A stretch of DNA of 64,000 nucleotides from Phyllobates terribilis. Taxonomy: Eukaryota. This document shows, piece after piece, positions 25,788 to 41,019 of the stretch; position 1 is the first letter of the stretch, and every line of letters starts with the position of its first letter. The translations under genes were made by a program, and so were the position numbers. The notes beneath the pieces were generated by a model. The model was given only the letters and a program-made list of their open reading frames with translations. It was not told where the DNA came from and did not search any database. The stretch covers positions 363,382,001 through 363,446,000 of the forward strand of contig NW_027362769.1 of the NCBI RefSeq assembly GCF_046119375.1, given 5' to 3'.

Positions 25788-27599
25788 TGAATCCTGCTTT
25801 GAGCAGGGGGTTGGACCAGATGACCCAGGAGGTCCCTTCCAACTCTACCATTCTATGATTCTATGATTCTATGATTGGCTGATCACAGATCCGTTGGTGA
25901 TTTTGAAATTCCCGCTCAATCGTTGTTCTTTGTCCTCCGGATTATTTATTAACGACTCCTGTTAATAGCGGAGATCGCAATTTGAGCAATCCGGTCTGGG
26001 GGCAGCTCTACCCCGCTGAGAATACAGGGTCCTCTCCTCCAGAGCGGTCTGCCCCCGAACAAATGTGATCGTTCTCCTGATCGGCAGGTGGAGGATGTGC
26101 CGCCCTTGTTATTATTCTGGGAGGTTATTAACCTTTTGAGGCCGCCATCCATCCGAGACTCCAGTGCCCAGGACGCGGTCATCACACAGACGTCCGTATT
26201 CCGGCTACACAGGGCGTCCATCCAGCTGCCTCATACGGACACATTCCCTGCGAGTATTCGCTGCCTCTACAACACAATCGTATCTGATCCTGTTAATATC
26301 AAGATCAACACATTCATCTGACTGCAGTATGATAGGATTTCTGCTGTGTATTAATCGCAGCACAGAGAGCTATGTACTGTGTGCACAGAGGTATCTATCA
26401 TGTATGACATTGCTGCAGAGTTATGACTTGGTGACAGATTGCAAATGTCAGAAACTTCTTACTGCTGTCCATGTTTCTGCTGTATCATTTATTCTCTACA
26501 ATCTGCATTAGAAACATAATTTATTATACATATAATGATAGAAAAGGATCCAGAACCAAGATCTCATCTCATCCGTCTTCCTGATTGAGCCCAGCCGCTA
26601 ATATCTCCCCATATCCTGCAGGAACAACAACCTGTAAGAGGCGGCAGCTGCACTGACAGCACAGAGGCCACTTCTCCCCGGGGAGACTTCATCTTCTTAC
26701 AATCAGATTGGTGATCGGAGCTCTCTGCACTTCCGCAGTGATTTCATCTTATAGTATATTAACACTTTTCTTTCCAGACTACTAAAGTTCTCTGATCTTT
26801 AATGGACTTACTATTTTCATCGTTGTTATTATACAGATGGAGATTGATGTTCAGATCTGAGTCTTATTGTTTGTTTTCTCAATGTGTCACCGAGATCCCC
26901 TATATTCGTTATACATCGCTACATCTGGTATTAGAGGATGTTATCTAGAGATTGTATTGGGATATTTCTCCTCTTAACAAGGGATTCATTGTTCTCCTCT
27001 TCATTCTTGGAGCTTCTACATGTGGATATATTGCCCGAGAGCCGCCCGTCCTGACACTGGATAAAGGGGAGGAGGACAAGTGAAAGAGCAGAAGAACGAG
27101 CAGTAACGGAGCAGGAATCTATAGAAAAGGAATAAAGCTCCTGTGAGGGTGTGATGACCGATAACCTAACTGCATGTCTGACCTATGGGATCCGGACAAC
27201 AGTGTAATTATCTGAGCAATCTGCAATACATGATCGTACATGTCCTGTCACACACTTCCTCCCTGTAGCTGTACAATTGATCTGTACATGAATTACTGGA
27301 TTAAACTACTAGATGATCGGGGGGATATGGTGGGTCAAAGCAGAATTGGTCTTCCCTGAAATATCGCATGTAGGATGCGTCCCTGGCTAGTATATCGTAT
27401 AAAGGGAGGTCAGACACACGGGGCACATCACAGCTTTTGGCTGATTCACTCTATATATCTATGAAAGGAAACCGAAGCATCCCTGACCCCGGGTCTTGTA
27501 TTATAGAAAGCGGAGACTGCTCAACTAAAATCTCCAGACTCCTGTATGGGATGTAAACGACCAATATAAGTCGGTCATAGAACCTCGTGTTATATGGGG

Positions 27600-28225
<626 letters not shown>

Positions 28226-28259
28226 GCGCCGCTCCTCCACATCTGTCCGAACAACCAAA

Positions 28260-28275
28260 GGCTCTTCTAAGAGCC
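28260..28275 (+). terminator. Histone 3' stem-loop of H2A
   Basis: GGCTCT-TCTA-AGAGCC followed by ACCAC. Confidence 0.92.
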
Positions 28276-29123
28276 ACCACATCCTCCTTGTAAGAGCCGG
28301 CACCGCTGATAGCAGGCGATGGTCCACACTATATAGAGAGAACAACACGATCTATTCTATGTTCTACTGTATGATTTACTATAGATCAGAAATGTAAAGC
28401 ATTAAATAGGTTGATCCTGCTATATTTTGTAGCGCAGATACTAATTTTAGTCACCCGGCTAATAGAGAGTTAAACGGTGGAGAAAACACTTGTATCTGGT
28501 ATTGGTTGGCGCCTGCTGAGATGTCTGTAATTGGTGGTTTTGAGTTTCCCGCGCAATCTTTCTTTGTGCGTCGGATTATTACCCGCCCCTCTGCTTGTAG
28601 CGGAGATCGCAATCTGAGCAATGCGGTCTGAGCACAGCTCTACCCCTCTGAGAATACAGCGCAGAGCAGCTTTCCCCGAACACGGTAATGGTTCTTATCG
28701 AAAAGAGGATGGTTCTCCACTAATCATTTATGTGAGGTCATGAACCTTCAGCGGCCTCCATATACACTGAGCCTGATACAAGCCCCGTCCTCAATCACAG
28801 GATCTTATGTTTCCATTCTGTAAGCAGCACTCGGAACATCACTACTGATGGGAGCAGTTGCGCATCTTGTATTAAAGAAAGCTGATACTGCTTCCATAAC
28901 TCGGGATATCTACAGATTGCTGTAAGGAACGCAATCAGCCCGTCAAATACTATACATCACTCCAACCACAACAAACTCATCCCTTCAGTGCAAGTATCCT
29001 CAGTTATCAATGAGTGAACATTTTAACTCATGAACAGCGTATAAAGCTTGTACTGGCATTCACACAAGCACAGGGATTGTTACTCCAACAGGAGATTGTA
29101 GCCTCTCACTTAGAAGATGTGGT

Positions 29124-29139
29124 GGCTCTGAAAAGAGCC
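29124..29139 (-). terminator. Histone 3' stem-loop of H4
   Basis: Minus strand GGCTCTTTTCAGAGCC ACCAC. Confidence 0.95.
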
Positions 29140-29171
29140 TTTGGGTTGTCAGGATGGAGCAGAGAACACAA

Positions 29172-29700
<529 letters not shown>

Positions 29701-30639
29701 TATATATGTTTTACCTGTGATGAGAAATGTTTCAGAAACAGTCTATAAATAAAAGTGCAGACACGACACCAGCTGCAAGTGATCTACACTTCATATAGAA
29801 GCTTCAGATCACTGTTGAATATACCTGTAACGGCACTGACAGTGATTAACCCCCACTTCCATCATATTCGTAACATGCTATTCACTAATGTCCAGGAAGG
29901 GTCATTTCCGCACCTTACTACTCCCCTCATCATCCCTTGCATTCTGTACAATCTACATGGGACATTCTGGCTGCTCCCGTCGACTAATCTATAGGATCCT
30001 GACTGAGCTCTGACATTTCTAAGATGGGCTTGTCACTTCAGATAGAATTGCTCTTGGGGTGCGGTGATGTGAGGAGGATTGTGGCAGCCAGGATTATTGC
30101 CTCTTCTAAGGACAGTGCAGGGAGGAAGCCGCGGTCAGCAGCACTGCTCCGATACTGACACCAGCTCATAAGCCGGGAATCCCCTCAGTTTGGCTTACAG
30201 AGGGTCTCTTCCTGCAAACGATAATGGCAGGACAGTACTGTTATCAATTGGGAACAGAATTATAAAACTTAATATTTTGCCACCACTGGGATTTTCCGCT
30301 CATCAGAAATGACAATATTTACTTTCTCCTAATAACACTTGTATTGTAATTGTCAGAGATCATAAAACTCAGATATCACTTGTTTCTTCATATGAAGATT
30401 TGCATTTAGAGAACATTTGTTATTTTCATGTAGAAGATAATGACAACAGCTCAGGTCAAATAAAAAAAGGAACCGTATAAATAACAAAATCACTGAGCAG
30501 CTGATTGATTCTCATTCCAGTGGTCCCATATCCAATGGAGAATACACTGTGATCTGGAAGGTGACTACATGAATGTGCTCAGTGGAGTTTATCTATAGAC
30601 CGGACACTTCTCTTCACAGCAGAAGTAGTAACACAATTA

Positions 30640-30740
30640 CATGTAGAAGCTGCGGAAACTACAAGGAGCGGGAAATTCAAACTCCCTAACGTCCTGTGTT
30701 CAGCCAATCAGCAGAGGAAGGGGAGGAGCTAATGTTAATA
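30640..30740 (+). promoter_or_regulatory. Orphan inverted duplicate of the distal H4 promoter with no gene
   Basis: Reverse complement of ~29605-29700, then joins H2A-upstream-like sequence (GAAGTTCCCGCT..GCTGATGGCTTTT). Confidence 0.75.
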
Positions 30741-31376
30741 GTTACCGAATAGGAAGTTCCCGCTAAGGGGCTGATGGCTTTTTCTGTCCTTCTGTATCAC
30801 GTAGTTTCAGGACTGTCGGATATCAGGAAATTTGCTTGTGTTGAGCGATCAATGGTCTCTTGGTTCCATACAGGAATTTCTATCATTTTCCAGGATCCAG
30901 GGAACAGTATCCGCTTTCTATAAACACAAAGTGCAGAACTGATTCTAACAATGGTGACTCCATCACACCAGCAATATTCCGAGTGCCGGGAATATAAAGA
31001 AACGAGATACTGCAGTTTACAGAGAACTTTGAAAGAAGGAGGTGGGGATTTTATAAAATGTAGGTTAATATTATCTAGATAAACCTACTACAGAGCTGCA
31101 GAGGATATTAGTCTCTTAATCCTGATACGTTTTCAGGATCAGACCCGTGCGGCTGATAGGAGTCAGCGAGTGTTCACAGGAGATAGCGCTGGATAATGGA
31201 CGTCCTATAATGATCGCATCATATACACCAAGAAATCTGCGCATTTTTTCTAGATTTCTTCACAACACCGTACAGACTCCTAATAGATTATATAAAGATA
31301 TTATTCAATAATCAGGGCAGAGAAGCTGATGTGAGGGATTAGCTCGTTATTATGGAGGGAAAATACTAAAACCCTA

Positions 31377-31690
31377 TGTGTCATATTTGTCTGTACCTAT
31401 GCCTATGGTAGATTGTTTAGTCATATTTGTCTATACCTATGCCTATGGTAGATTGTTTAGTCATATTTGTCTGTACCTATGCCTATGGTAGATTTTTTAG
31501 TCATATTTGTCTGTACCTATGCCTATGGTAGATTTTTTAGTCATATTTGTCTATACCTATGCCTATGGTAGATTTTTAGTCATATTTGTCTGTACCTATG
31601 CCTATGGTAGATTGTTTAGTCATATTTGTCTGTACTTATGCCTATGGTAGATTTTTAGTCATATTTGTCTGTACCTATGCCTATGGTAGA
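31377..31690. repeat. ~39-bp tandem repeat, about 8 copies, in the left MULE TIR
   Basis: GTCATATTTGTCTGTACCTATGCCTATGGTAGATTTTTA; one inverted copy at ~42595-42635. Confidence 0.9.
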
Positions 31691-32351
31691 TTTTTTACAG
31701 TTACAACTCGCTTCTCTGTGTTCCTGAGCTGAGAGAGGCAGGGGGATGTTTTGAGAGTGAGATAAGGCTGGAAGCTAATGTTAATATTGTCTACCTTGAG
31801 ATAGTTTATAAACCCTCCTCTCACACATCCAGGACCCCAGCAACCACAGAATGCAGAGTAAGTGGACATGCTAGCTGGGGCATATCTTACAGAAGTCAAG
31901 CTGCAACACCAGGCTCTCCCATCATCACTTTGGTAAGTATTACGAATAACAGTTTTAAGCTCTGTTTTTTTTATTGGAATAAGTTCATATTAGTGACAGA
32001 AAGTTACTTTCCCAGTTTCATTAAGATTTTTTTAGGGATTCAGTCTTTATGTGCCGCCATATTCTTCCATACCTATGCCTAGAGTGGTTATCATGGTTGG
32101 AAACTGAATAACAGTTTTAAGCTCCGTTTTTTTTTTTATTTGAATAAGTTCATATTAGTACAACAAGGTTATTTTTCCAGTTTCATCAAGATCTTTTTAG
32201 GGATTCAGTCTTTATTTGAATTATAAAGTTGCTATATAGGAATGTATGGGTGTTCAACTTTCTTCCCAAAATAATCTCTGCTAATGGTAACTAGATCTTC
32301 CATCTAAATATAGCACAGTAAATGTTATCTGTCCTCAATCTAGCTTGCCAT

Positions 32352-33459
32352 CAGTGGCGTACCGCCAATGGCGGCAGACCACGCGACTGCTATGGGGCCC
32401 GTGAGCCGGGGGGGGCCCCATAGCAGTCCAGGGGTGGACATACCGCCGGTGCAGCTGCACCGGGGCCTGGAGGGTCATGGGGGCACTTGCCGGGTGGCTA
32501 ATGTTGAGAGGCGGGCAGGGATCGATCCCTGCAGCTCCGCTGCCATGAAAATCTGATCAGATGAGACATCAGTGGTAAGTGCCTGGATGTAAATATTATT
32601 CTGTATCTGCACTGTGTGACTTGGAGTGATAATGTTATCTGTAAAATCCCTTAGGCTGCATTCTCACATTTGTGTGAGAAATGTCCAGATTTTTTTATCG
32701 AATGGTCCATGGACTCGTAGAGTTCTATACATCCATTCACACATCCATGAAAATCATGGATCTGAGAATGAGATCTGTGAGGGTCAGAGAATGTCCTGTT
32801 CTGATCCGATTTTGAGGATTAGAATAGGACATGCTCAATATGTCTGTAAAATAGGGCAGCACACCAACACTGCACACAGATACAAGAATGTAGCCTTATT
32901 ATGTATAGCACAGTCCCTTAGAATATAGTGTATTCACTTATTATGTATAGCACAGTCCCTTAGTATATAATGTACTCACTTATTATGCATAGCACAGTCC
33001 CTTAGTATATAGTGTACTCACTTATTATGTATAGCGTTGTCCTTAATTATTTAGTTTCATCTTTTATTATGTATAACACCCTCCCTTATTACCTACCATC
33101 CCCTCTAGCTCTAGTGGGTCACAGTTAGGGGATCATACTGTGTTGGGTTCAGCATACTTTGCCCTGGGAGTTGAGATGGGGTACAGTAGGGTCATTATAC
33201 TGCTCATGTGGAGGAATTCACCTTGGGCGTATCATTGTGTTTGGGGGGGGGGGGGCACTTTTGTTGGCATCATACCTTATGGGGGCAATGAAAGAGGAAC
33301 CTAGGACTTCAGCAGGAGGAAAATTACTATGTAAAGGCTGGAAAGTTGTGAGATCTGCTCTTCTGTGATCCCGACAATTATTTACATTTTTTTGGGGGGC
33401 GGGGGGGGGGCAATTAGAACTTCTGCTATGGGGCCCCATGATTCCTATGTACGCCCCTG
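32352..33459. mobile_element. hAT non-autonomous element nested in the MULE
   Basis: CAGTGGCGTAC ... GTACGCCCCTG TIRs; 8-bp TSD CTTGCCAT/CATGCCAT (7 of 8 match). Confidence 0.8.
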
Positions 33460-34019
33460 CATGCCATATAATAAATGGCTCCATACAATGTAGCTGCCTC
33501 TGCTGAAGTCAAGTTTTCACTTCCAGGATGGATGATAATTCTTCGGTTTGGGTTTGTTGGGGATAAAACTTGGAGTACTGTACTGGTAGCTGCAAACGTT
33601 GGACCTCTGCACGGTCTGTCAAATTTTCTTCATGCCACCGGTAGGAAAGTGCTTTAAGCCGGCATGGTTGTTGACCTTACCATACTCACCCTACTGTCTT
33701 ATACGTTGTCTATTACTATTTACAGTTAAAATGTAGGAATATACAGTATCATAACGGTTATCTAAAGTGCTTCTATTTTAAAGGATATATCTTGTTAGTG
33801 TCTCATACAAAGTATTTGTGGATATGGTGTAAAAGTTACCAACTTTTCTGACATTTCAGAGGATACAATTTCACTAATTTGGAGAAAAGGTCCACTGGAC
33901 AACCCTGCTACATAGGATATTTCTCTTCAGTATGCTTACATTCAAGAACTAACAAAAAGGTAGTATGAAGTTTTGTGTGATTTATGGCTTAGCTTCTTTT
34001 GATACTAATCTTAAGTATA

Positions 34020-34973
34020 TGTGTCGCCCAGGGGATGGGGACTACTCGGAACCCGGGCCTTGTTACTGGGGATGTCGCGGTAGTCGGCTCCCGGGCCCGT
34101 ACTCTGGGCCTCTCTTTAAAAAGGGTGGATGATTATTATATGGAAGTTCGTGACACCACCTGTGGTGTCTGGTGAGGTTCACCAGTGCTGCGGCAGTCCG
34201 CTGAGGCCGATGATAAGGCAGCTCGGTGGTATAGCTCCCCACAGGTGGAGCTAGGCCCCAGGGCAGTGTATGAAGAGGGGAATGCAGGACGGGGAAGCCC
34301 AGTCGGGCCTACGGAAAGACAGGCAAACACACACAGTTCTCTTCAGTACCTTTTACTGATGGAATTCAGGCACATCCCGGAGCGCTGTAGGGTGAAGGGT
34401 GCATTGCCGGATTCTCCCCCAGGGAGCGGGGATAGGGCCTCCCGTTTCCTGCCTTTGTGTGGTAAGTTTCTGACCTGCCTGTAGCTAAGCCTAACTTTGT
34501 CTCTGTCCTGCACTGGCTGAAGTTGTGGTAGGGCCTTCTCTTAGAGTGCACGCTCCCAGCTTGCGGGGCCTATGTGTCTCCTGGCTCTGTTACGTATCAG
34601 CGCTTTAGTGATTCTGAGACCTGTAGTTCTCCAGGGTTTCCAGTTGTACTTTACTGGGTCATAGAGATCCCGGTAACTTCGGACTCGGTGTCCGGTATAA
34701 GTTTCGGGGTGAGCTGGTTAAGCTCCTCTGCCCCCAATGCTACTAACTCTCGACTCGCCTTCGGCCACGCTCGGGCCTTCACTAGGCTACTCACACTAAC
34801 GGCAGCTTGCCACGCTTCACCGCTCTAAACGGCGTCGGCACGCCTTGGGCTCACTTACTTGAGCTCCGGAGTCTGGACTGGGCCTCAGGATTGCTGGAGG
34901 CACAGTTTACCTCACACGGCAACCTGGAACTGCTCTGCACACTTGCTCCTCTCCCTGTGCACTTGGTACCACA
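34020..34973 (-). mobile_element. Solo LTR or LTR fragment related to the cold-shock-domain LTR family, nested in the MULE
   Basis: Begins TGTGTCGCCC; shares CAGTCCGCTGAGGCCG and GCAGCT..GGTGGTATA blocks with the LTR at 8051; right end uncertain. Confidence 0.5.
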
Positions 34974-35092
34974 TTTACTTAAATTTTAAAATTGCTTTTC
35001 ATTTCAGACTGAATTTTATTTTATTGAATCAGCTTTGGCTTCAAGTAGTTTTGAATAATTTAAGATTTCTAATTTTGCATTAAATAATTAAA

Positions 35093-35095
<3 letters not shown>

Positions 35096-35155
<60 letters not shown>
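35096..35155. repeat. (TA)n microsatellite
   Basis: Direct reading. Confidence 0.95.
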
Positions 35156-35163
<8 letters not shown>

Positions 35164-35171
35164 TTATTTAA

Positions 35172-36172
35172 AGAGTAACTATCAATTGTTTTAAATTAAT
35201 ATTTTTATTATGTTAAAAAAATTGAATAGGTCTTCATTATTATTTTTTTTAGTTTTTGTAACTATTCCTACACTAAACTGTCCCTAACGCTGCGTTTTTT
35301 GCTACGTTTTTTTATGCTAATTATGCTAATTTAAAGCAGCAAAGTACAGTACCAGCAAAGTCTATGAGATTTGCAGAATTGCTGTTCACACGCTTGTTCT
35401 TTTTTACCTGCATTTCTTGTTTATTAACTGCTTTTTTCAAAGAATGAACATGTCAAATCTTTGCTGCGTTTTTTGCTGCTTTGCTCCATAGGAAGCAATG
35501 ATAAGGCAAAAACAGAGCAAAAACGCAGCAAACCAACATTTTGCAAGCAGGTCAAAAGTTCATGGTTTTTCCAAAGATTTTTGCTGCTACCTAATTAGCA
35601 TAAAAAACGCAGCAAAAAACGCACCGTGTGAACTTAGCCTAAATCACTCAGTTGCAAAAACGCAACCGACTGTCCCTTGCCAAGCTATCCTCCTAAACCG
35701 TTTTCACATTGAAGACGCTTTAGTACAATGAATGCGCGTCCCCGGGCATCACATGAGTGCTTAGCTCGCTTCTCATGGGAAGAGAGCCAGCGCACCGCTG
35801 TACTGAATGAATGGCAGCCGTGCCATCCCAGGCGCCATGTAATCTACTGCACTGCAACCCCGGGAGACATCTCCTGAGGCTTCAGCGTATATACGTTCTG
35901 TATATAGACCGATGCTGCCTGCGCAGCATGGCTCTGTATACCGCGATGTGCGGGCACTCCGGCGAGGACGCCCACACGTCATCAGCCGGCGTGCACGTGC
36001 ATCCTGGCATTTGTTCAGTTGCGGGATGGCCCAGAAGAGGAGCTTCGTGGATCGACAGGAGTGTAATTAAGAAGTTTTTTATTTTTAAACTGGTCCAAAT
36101 GGGTTCAGGGGGGAGGGGGGGGCCCAAAAAAAAAAAAAAAAGAAAAGAAAAAAGGTAAATGATAGTTGATCT
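35172..36172. mobile_element. Kolobok/T2-type MITE (TTAA flanks), itself carrying nested inserts
   Basis: TTAA-AGAGTAACTATC ... GATAGTTGATCT-TTAA; homologous to 40319-40709. Confidence 0.65.
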
Positions 36173-36266
36173 TTAAATGACTTCTTGTTTTGGTTTTTAT
36201 ATTGTTTGAATTTCTGTATCTTTTTTTCATAATTAAAAAAAAAGTTCTTTACAGGAATTTTGAACA

Positions 36267-39200
36267 ATGGGCATCAAATCTTTGGTAAAGAAAAATAAAA
36301 GAGAATCTACAGTACCAGAGAATGAAGAAATACAAAAAAACCCAGGCAAAAATAAGGACGTGACAAAATTAAGTTCCGAACAAACAGTTTCAGAGACAAC
36401 TAATTCACATTCAACATCAAGATTTTTAGCATTGTCTCTTCCATTTCACAATAAGAAGAAACCAAAAAGTGGTGGAAATTTAAAGAAATGTATATGCACT
36501 GAAGACTTATTGAAAGCTGCTACTAGAGTGTTTGAAAGAAGTCCAAACACTGAAGTGAATTCAAGCGTTAGTAGTGGGAGCTTCTGGTGCAAGCTTGCAG
36601 AAGAAGTAGCGCCAAAAACCAAAACGCACAGAAAAAAACTTATCCGAAATTATAGCTTAGCATGTAGAAACCTCTGGGACACAGATTTCAACTTTAGAGA
36701 ATGTATTATGAAAGTCACCAACAAAGAAAAATGTGAAAAACAAGGAATCCCACGGCAACCTCTTTCTCAAACTATTGGTGAACAAAGTCTGCCTACATTA
36801 AATGAACAAAAACCAGAACTGGAGAATGAAATGAAGAAGGGTTGTGATGACAGCGCTCTTGGTAAATACAACAAGAGTGAAGCAGTGTCTGATGACATGG
36901 AATCATTCACTGGAGACAACAGTTACTGTTCAGAGAAAGGGCTACATGAAAGTAATTCAACTGGTAAGGATGAATTTGTGATTTATGAGCCCAAAAATAT
37001 TACCAATAACAATGTTTACACAAAAATACTGACAAAATTAACACCAACTGAAGCATTTGAGATTCTGAAGAAAGGTGATAAGTGTAGGGTGACCAATTTG
37101 CCACCACTTAATCCACAGCATGGTTATGTGTTTTACTTTTACAAAGAAGGAAAAGCAAGGGATTGCATAGCAGATCAATTGCAGTTTGATTACATCTCCA
37201 GGAATAAGTATACCTTTAAAGGGGAAACATGCTTCAAGGTTATATACAAGCCAAGACACCCACCAGAAGAGGCATGTGAACTTTTTGAAAAGTACATTTT
37301 TAGCCTCGGTCAAACTGATAACAGTTGCAGGCTAATTCAGTACTTTGGAAATCCAAATACAATGCAGCTTAAAGCCCATGGTAATCGCAAACACTACAAG
37401 AACAAGATATTTTTTACTACTGCACCATCAATCATTAAAGAGCAGAGGGAAAACTTATCACAGCCACCCATGAAAGTTTATAAAGCACAGTGTACACGTT
37501 TCATACCTCCACAATATGAAGCTGCTTTAGGACCGCGTGATGTAAAGCAGGCACAAAACAGTGCTATGAGAGAGTGTGTAAAGCGTCGTTTGTGCCAAGA
37601 TGATGTTTATTCCATAGTTGAATTGGAGCGCTTGTTTGGTGGTTTTGTAATGCAGCTAGATGTCCTACATGATTTCTATTGTATCCTTGCAAAAGAAGAA
37701 CTAATAGAAGAAGCGAATACATTTGCAAAACACAAGGACAGCAACTTTAGTTGTGACACAACTTTCGAGTTTGGTGATTTTTATGTGACTACTGTCACAT
37801 TTAACCACCCTGCTTTTCAAAATGCATGTGTAATTTCAATTTTCATATTGATGCACCAAAAGAAAGATGAAGGTACACACAGAAAGTTCTTCAATTTTAT
37901 TTCTGAAAAGTGTCCAGCATTTAACAGCAACATGGTGAAAATCATTACTGACCGTGAAAAGGCAATTACAAACAGTATAGATGCACAGCTTCCCCAGGTT
38001 AAACGATTCCTGTGTTGGAACCACATGAGGAAAGATGTGCAATACTGGACGCAAAGGCATGGTGGACAACAAATGGACAAATTAACATATGAAAGCTGTA
38101 TTTACAGTTTAATGAACAGCAAGACACCAAACGAATATGTAAGTAAGTTAGAAGAACTTAGCCAACATTGGACAGAAGAATTCCTCACTTACTATAAGAA
38201 GCACCTGGAATCAGATATCCTCAATTACTGTGCACGGTGGCTTTTAGAAGAACACAACATGTTCATAGAACCTTCAGGAATAACAACAAATCAAAGTGAG
38301 AGTTTTAATTCTGTGCTAAGAAGACTTCATGATGGGAAAGAAATAAACATGGAAGGTTTTGTTCTGTCTATGTTTTACTTAACTTCTTACTACACAAAGG
38401 AAGTTCTGAGAGGGAGATGTGGACTGGGTAACTTCAACCTGAAAGGAGAGTTCCGGGCTCTTAACCCAGCTGATGTATCATTTCCTGAAGTACTGGTAAC
38501 ACCCGAAAGCTTGGTGGAATTTGTAAAGGAACAAAAACTTGTGATCACAAAAGAAAATGCATGTAAAACAGGAAGCCATCTGCCAAGAAGAACAATGGCA
38601 GAAGGAATTCTCAATACACCAGGTGGTATTGTGTTGGTGCCACAGCAGAAAGTATTCCTTGTTAAAGGTTTTAAAAATGAATCTTACATTGTGCAACTTT
38701 TCCCAAAGACTTCTTGTTCATGTCCATCATCCAGACAGTGTCACCACATTATGGCAGTTCAGCTATCAGTGGGATTGGATCCAAGGGAAGAGACAGATGA
38801 AGGAAATCTAAGCAGGTTGTACAAAAAACAAAGGGGAAAAGGAAAAAGTGGACGGAAGTTCACTTCTAAACCATTATTGACATCTCCAGCCGATGACTCA
38901 ATCCAAAGCATGAATCTAAATAATGGAGACGAGGAGGCAATACTTACAACACAAGTTATGCCAGGATACAGTGCACGAACTGCAAAAATTGTTAAAATAT
39001 CACCACCTGAACCATCCGTAGGTATGTCTAAACTTCATGTCTTAACCACAAAAAAGCTTGTTCCAGCAAGTAAGTCAAAAGCGGTCATTGTGAAAAAGAA
39101 ACTAAATTTGCAAAAGCCTCTGAAAACATCAACCCCAAAACAAAGTATAAGATCAGAGGCAGAGTCACTGAAATACTACAAAACCAGTAGAATGAAGTCA

Positions 39201-40235
39201 ATCAGTGCAATTGCTGAGACACATGCACATAAACTACCAAATGATGTTATCGCTGAAGTGGACCGTATAATGATCAAGAAGATCAACATGGATACTTTAA
39301 GTGGACAGCAGTGGCTGGATGACACAATTATTGATGCATACTTGGCACTACAATGTAGTGTAGCCATGGGGAAAAACCCTCACCTGAAATTTGCCTACAT
39401 TCCATGTAACTTCGTTGAAGCATTTTGCAAGAAGTGGACTAAAAGCAAAACACCCTATCACACTACAATGATACATGGGAAGAGAAACAACATATGGCAC
39501 AAGGATATCATATTAATACCTTGCTATATATTTGGCAACCATTGGGTGCTAACAATAGTAGTGCCAAAATATAGAAGTGTCTATTATATAGACAGCAAGT
39601 ACAGTGCAGAGGATAAGAAAGTTGTACAGGCAGTCCATGTTCTTCTGAAGGTGTTATCCCATTTGTGTGAAGGAGAGCCATATAACAAAACATGGAAATG
39701 GGTGAAGCCAGTTGATGTCCTGATACAGAAGGATGGCTCCAGTTGTGGAGTTTATGTTTGTATCTGCGCACATGTTTTAGCAAATGGGACCACCATTTGA
39801 CTAAACCATGATGAAGTACACAACTTTCGTGATTTTATTTCTACTGAATTACAAGCAGTGGTTCCAGGCACAGTAAAAGTTACCACACTTACTGGTGATA
39901 CAACTGTGACACTCCCAGAAGTAAGTAGTCAGTGGTGGTCAGATGCAGATTTTACACCAACTGTGCAACCAGGACCTCAAAACTTTTGTACTCTTAATTG
40001 GATGACTAATTTATGTAATACAATTTGGGAAGCCAATTCAAGCATCTGTTATGCAGGAGTGAATTGTTGCCAGCCTAATAGAAATGTGTGTGCAACAGAG
40101 GAAGATATGAAAATGGTTTTCTGTGAATTTGCATGCCAAGAATGGTACCACAAAGCATGTGAAGGACTATCTGATAAACAATTACCATCTATGTACAAAT
40201 GCAGAAAATGTCAAAATGCTGAATTTGAGGTGTAA
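36267..40235 (+). pseudogene. MULE transposase - SWIM - Ulp1/C48 protease - PHD finger ORF (1322 codons) with one in-frame TGA at 39798-39800
   Basis: DDE motifs CDTTF, TDREKAI, CWNH, TTNQSESFN; SWIM CSCPSSRQCHH; Ulp1 WLDDTII, NHWVL, YIDS, QKDGSSCG; PHD C..C..FCEFACQEWYHKAC..YKCRKC; 39801-40235 continues in the same frame. Confidence 0.85.
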
Positions 40236-40318
40236 AGTACCTTTTCCTTGTTAGTATGTAACATTATTAAGCAACTTATGTTTTAAGTGTAAACAGAATA
40301 TGTTTGATTTCTTTTTAA

Positions 40319-40709
40319 AGAGTAACTATCAATTTTTTGTTATTAACATTTATTATATATATGAAAAAAATTTTTTTGAATAGGTCTTTTTTTTTATTCT
40401 TACATTTTTCACACATCCTACAATAATCTGTCCCTAAATCACTAGTTTGAAAACATGCAACTAACTGTCCCTCGCTAAACTATTCTCCTAAAGCGTATTC
40501 AGATTGAAGACGTTTTAGGAGAATGAATGCCCGAGGATGCGCGTGCACGCGCATTCCGGCAACTGTTCAATTGCACTTTGGCCCAGAAGAGGAGCTTTGT
40601 GGGCCGACAGGAGGGTAAATAAGAAGTTTTCTTATTTTAAACAGGTTCTAATGGGTAAAGGGGGTAAGGGGATTCTAGAAAACAACCCTTCAAACATGTT
40701 AGTTACTCT
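40319..40709. mobile_element. Kolobok/T2-type MITE
   Basis: TTAA-AGAGTAACTA ... TAGTTACTCT-TTAA. Confidence 0.7.
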
Positions 40710-41019
40710 TTAATATGGTTTTGTCAAGTATTCGTAATCCATTCAGTTGTGTAAATGTTAATTTAAATATTTCTCCAAAATAAAAGTTTTATGTAACTTA
40801 GACTTGATGCTATGTTTTGATTTGTTTTAAATAAGGTTATGTCAATATTCGCAATCCGTTCAGTCATGTAAGTGTTCACTTAATTTTTTTTCTGTAATGA
40901 AAATACTTTTATGTAATTTATACTTCATCATCTGATCTAGGATTCAGCATTCATTTCAAATCTACAGTAACATATATGAGACTTGTGTTTACAACAGACA
41001 GCTTAATTTCGCCTCATAA

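Larger units (their letters stand above)
22465..25876 (+). mobile_element. CR1 LINE #1, 5'-truncated within ORF1, intact ORF2
   Basis: SGNH esterase remnant (HVGTND, DGVHL), full EN-RT ORF, 3' (ATTCTATG)x3 tail at 25850-25873. Confidence 0.92.
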
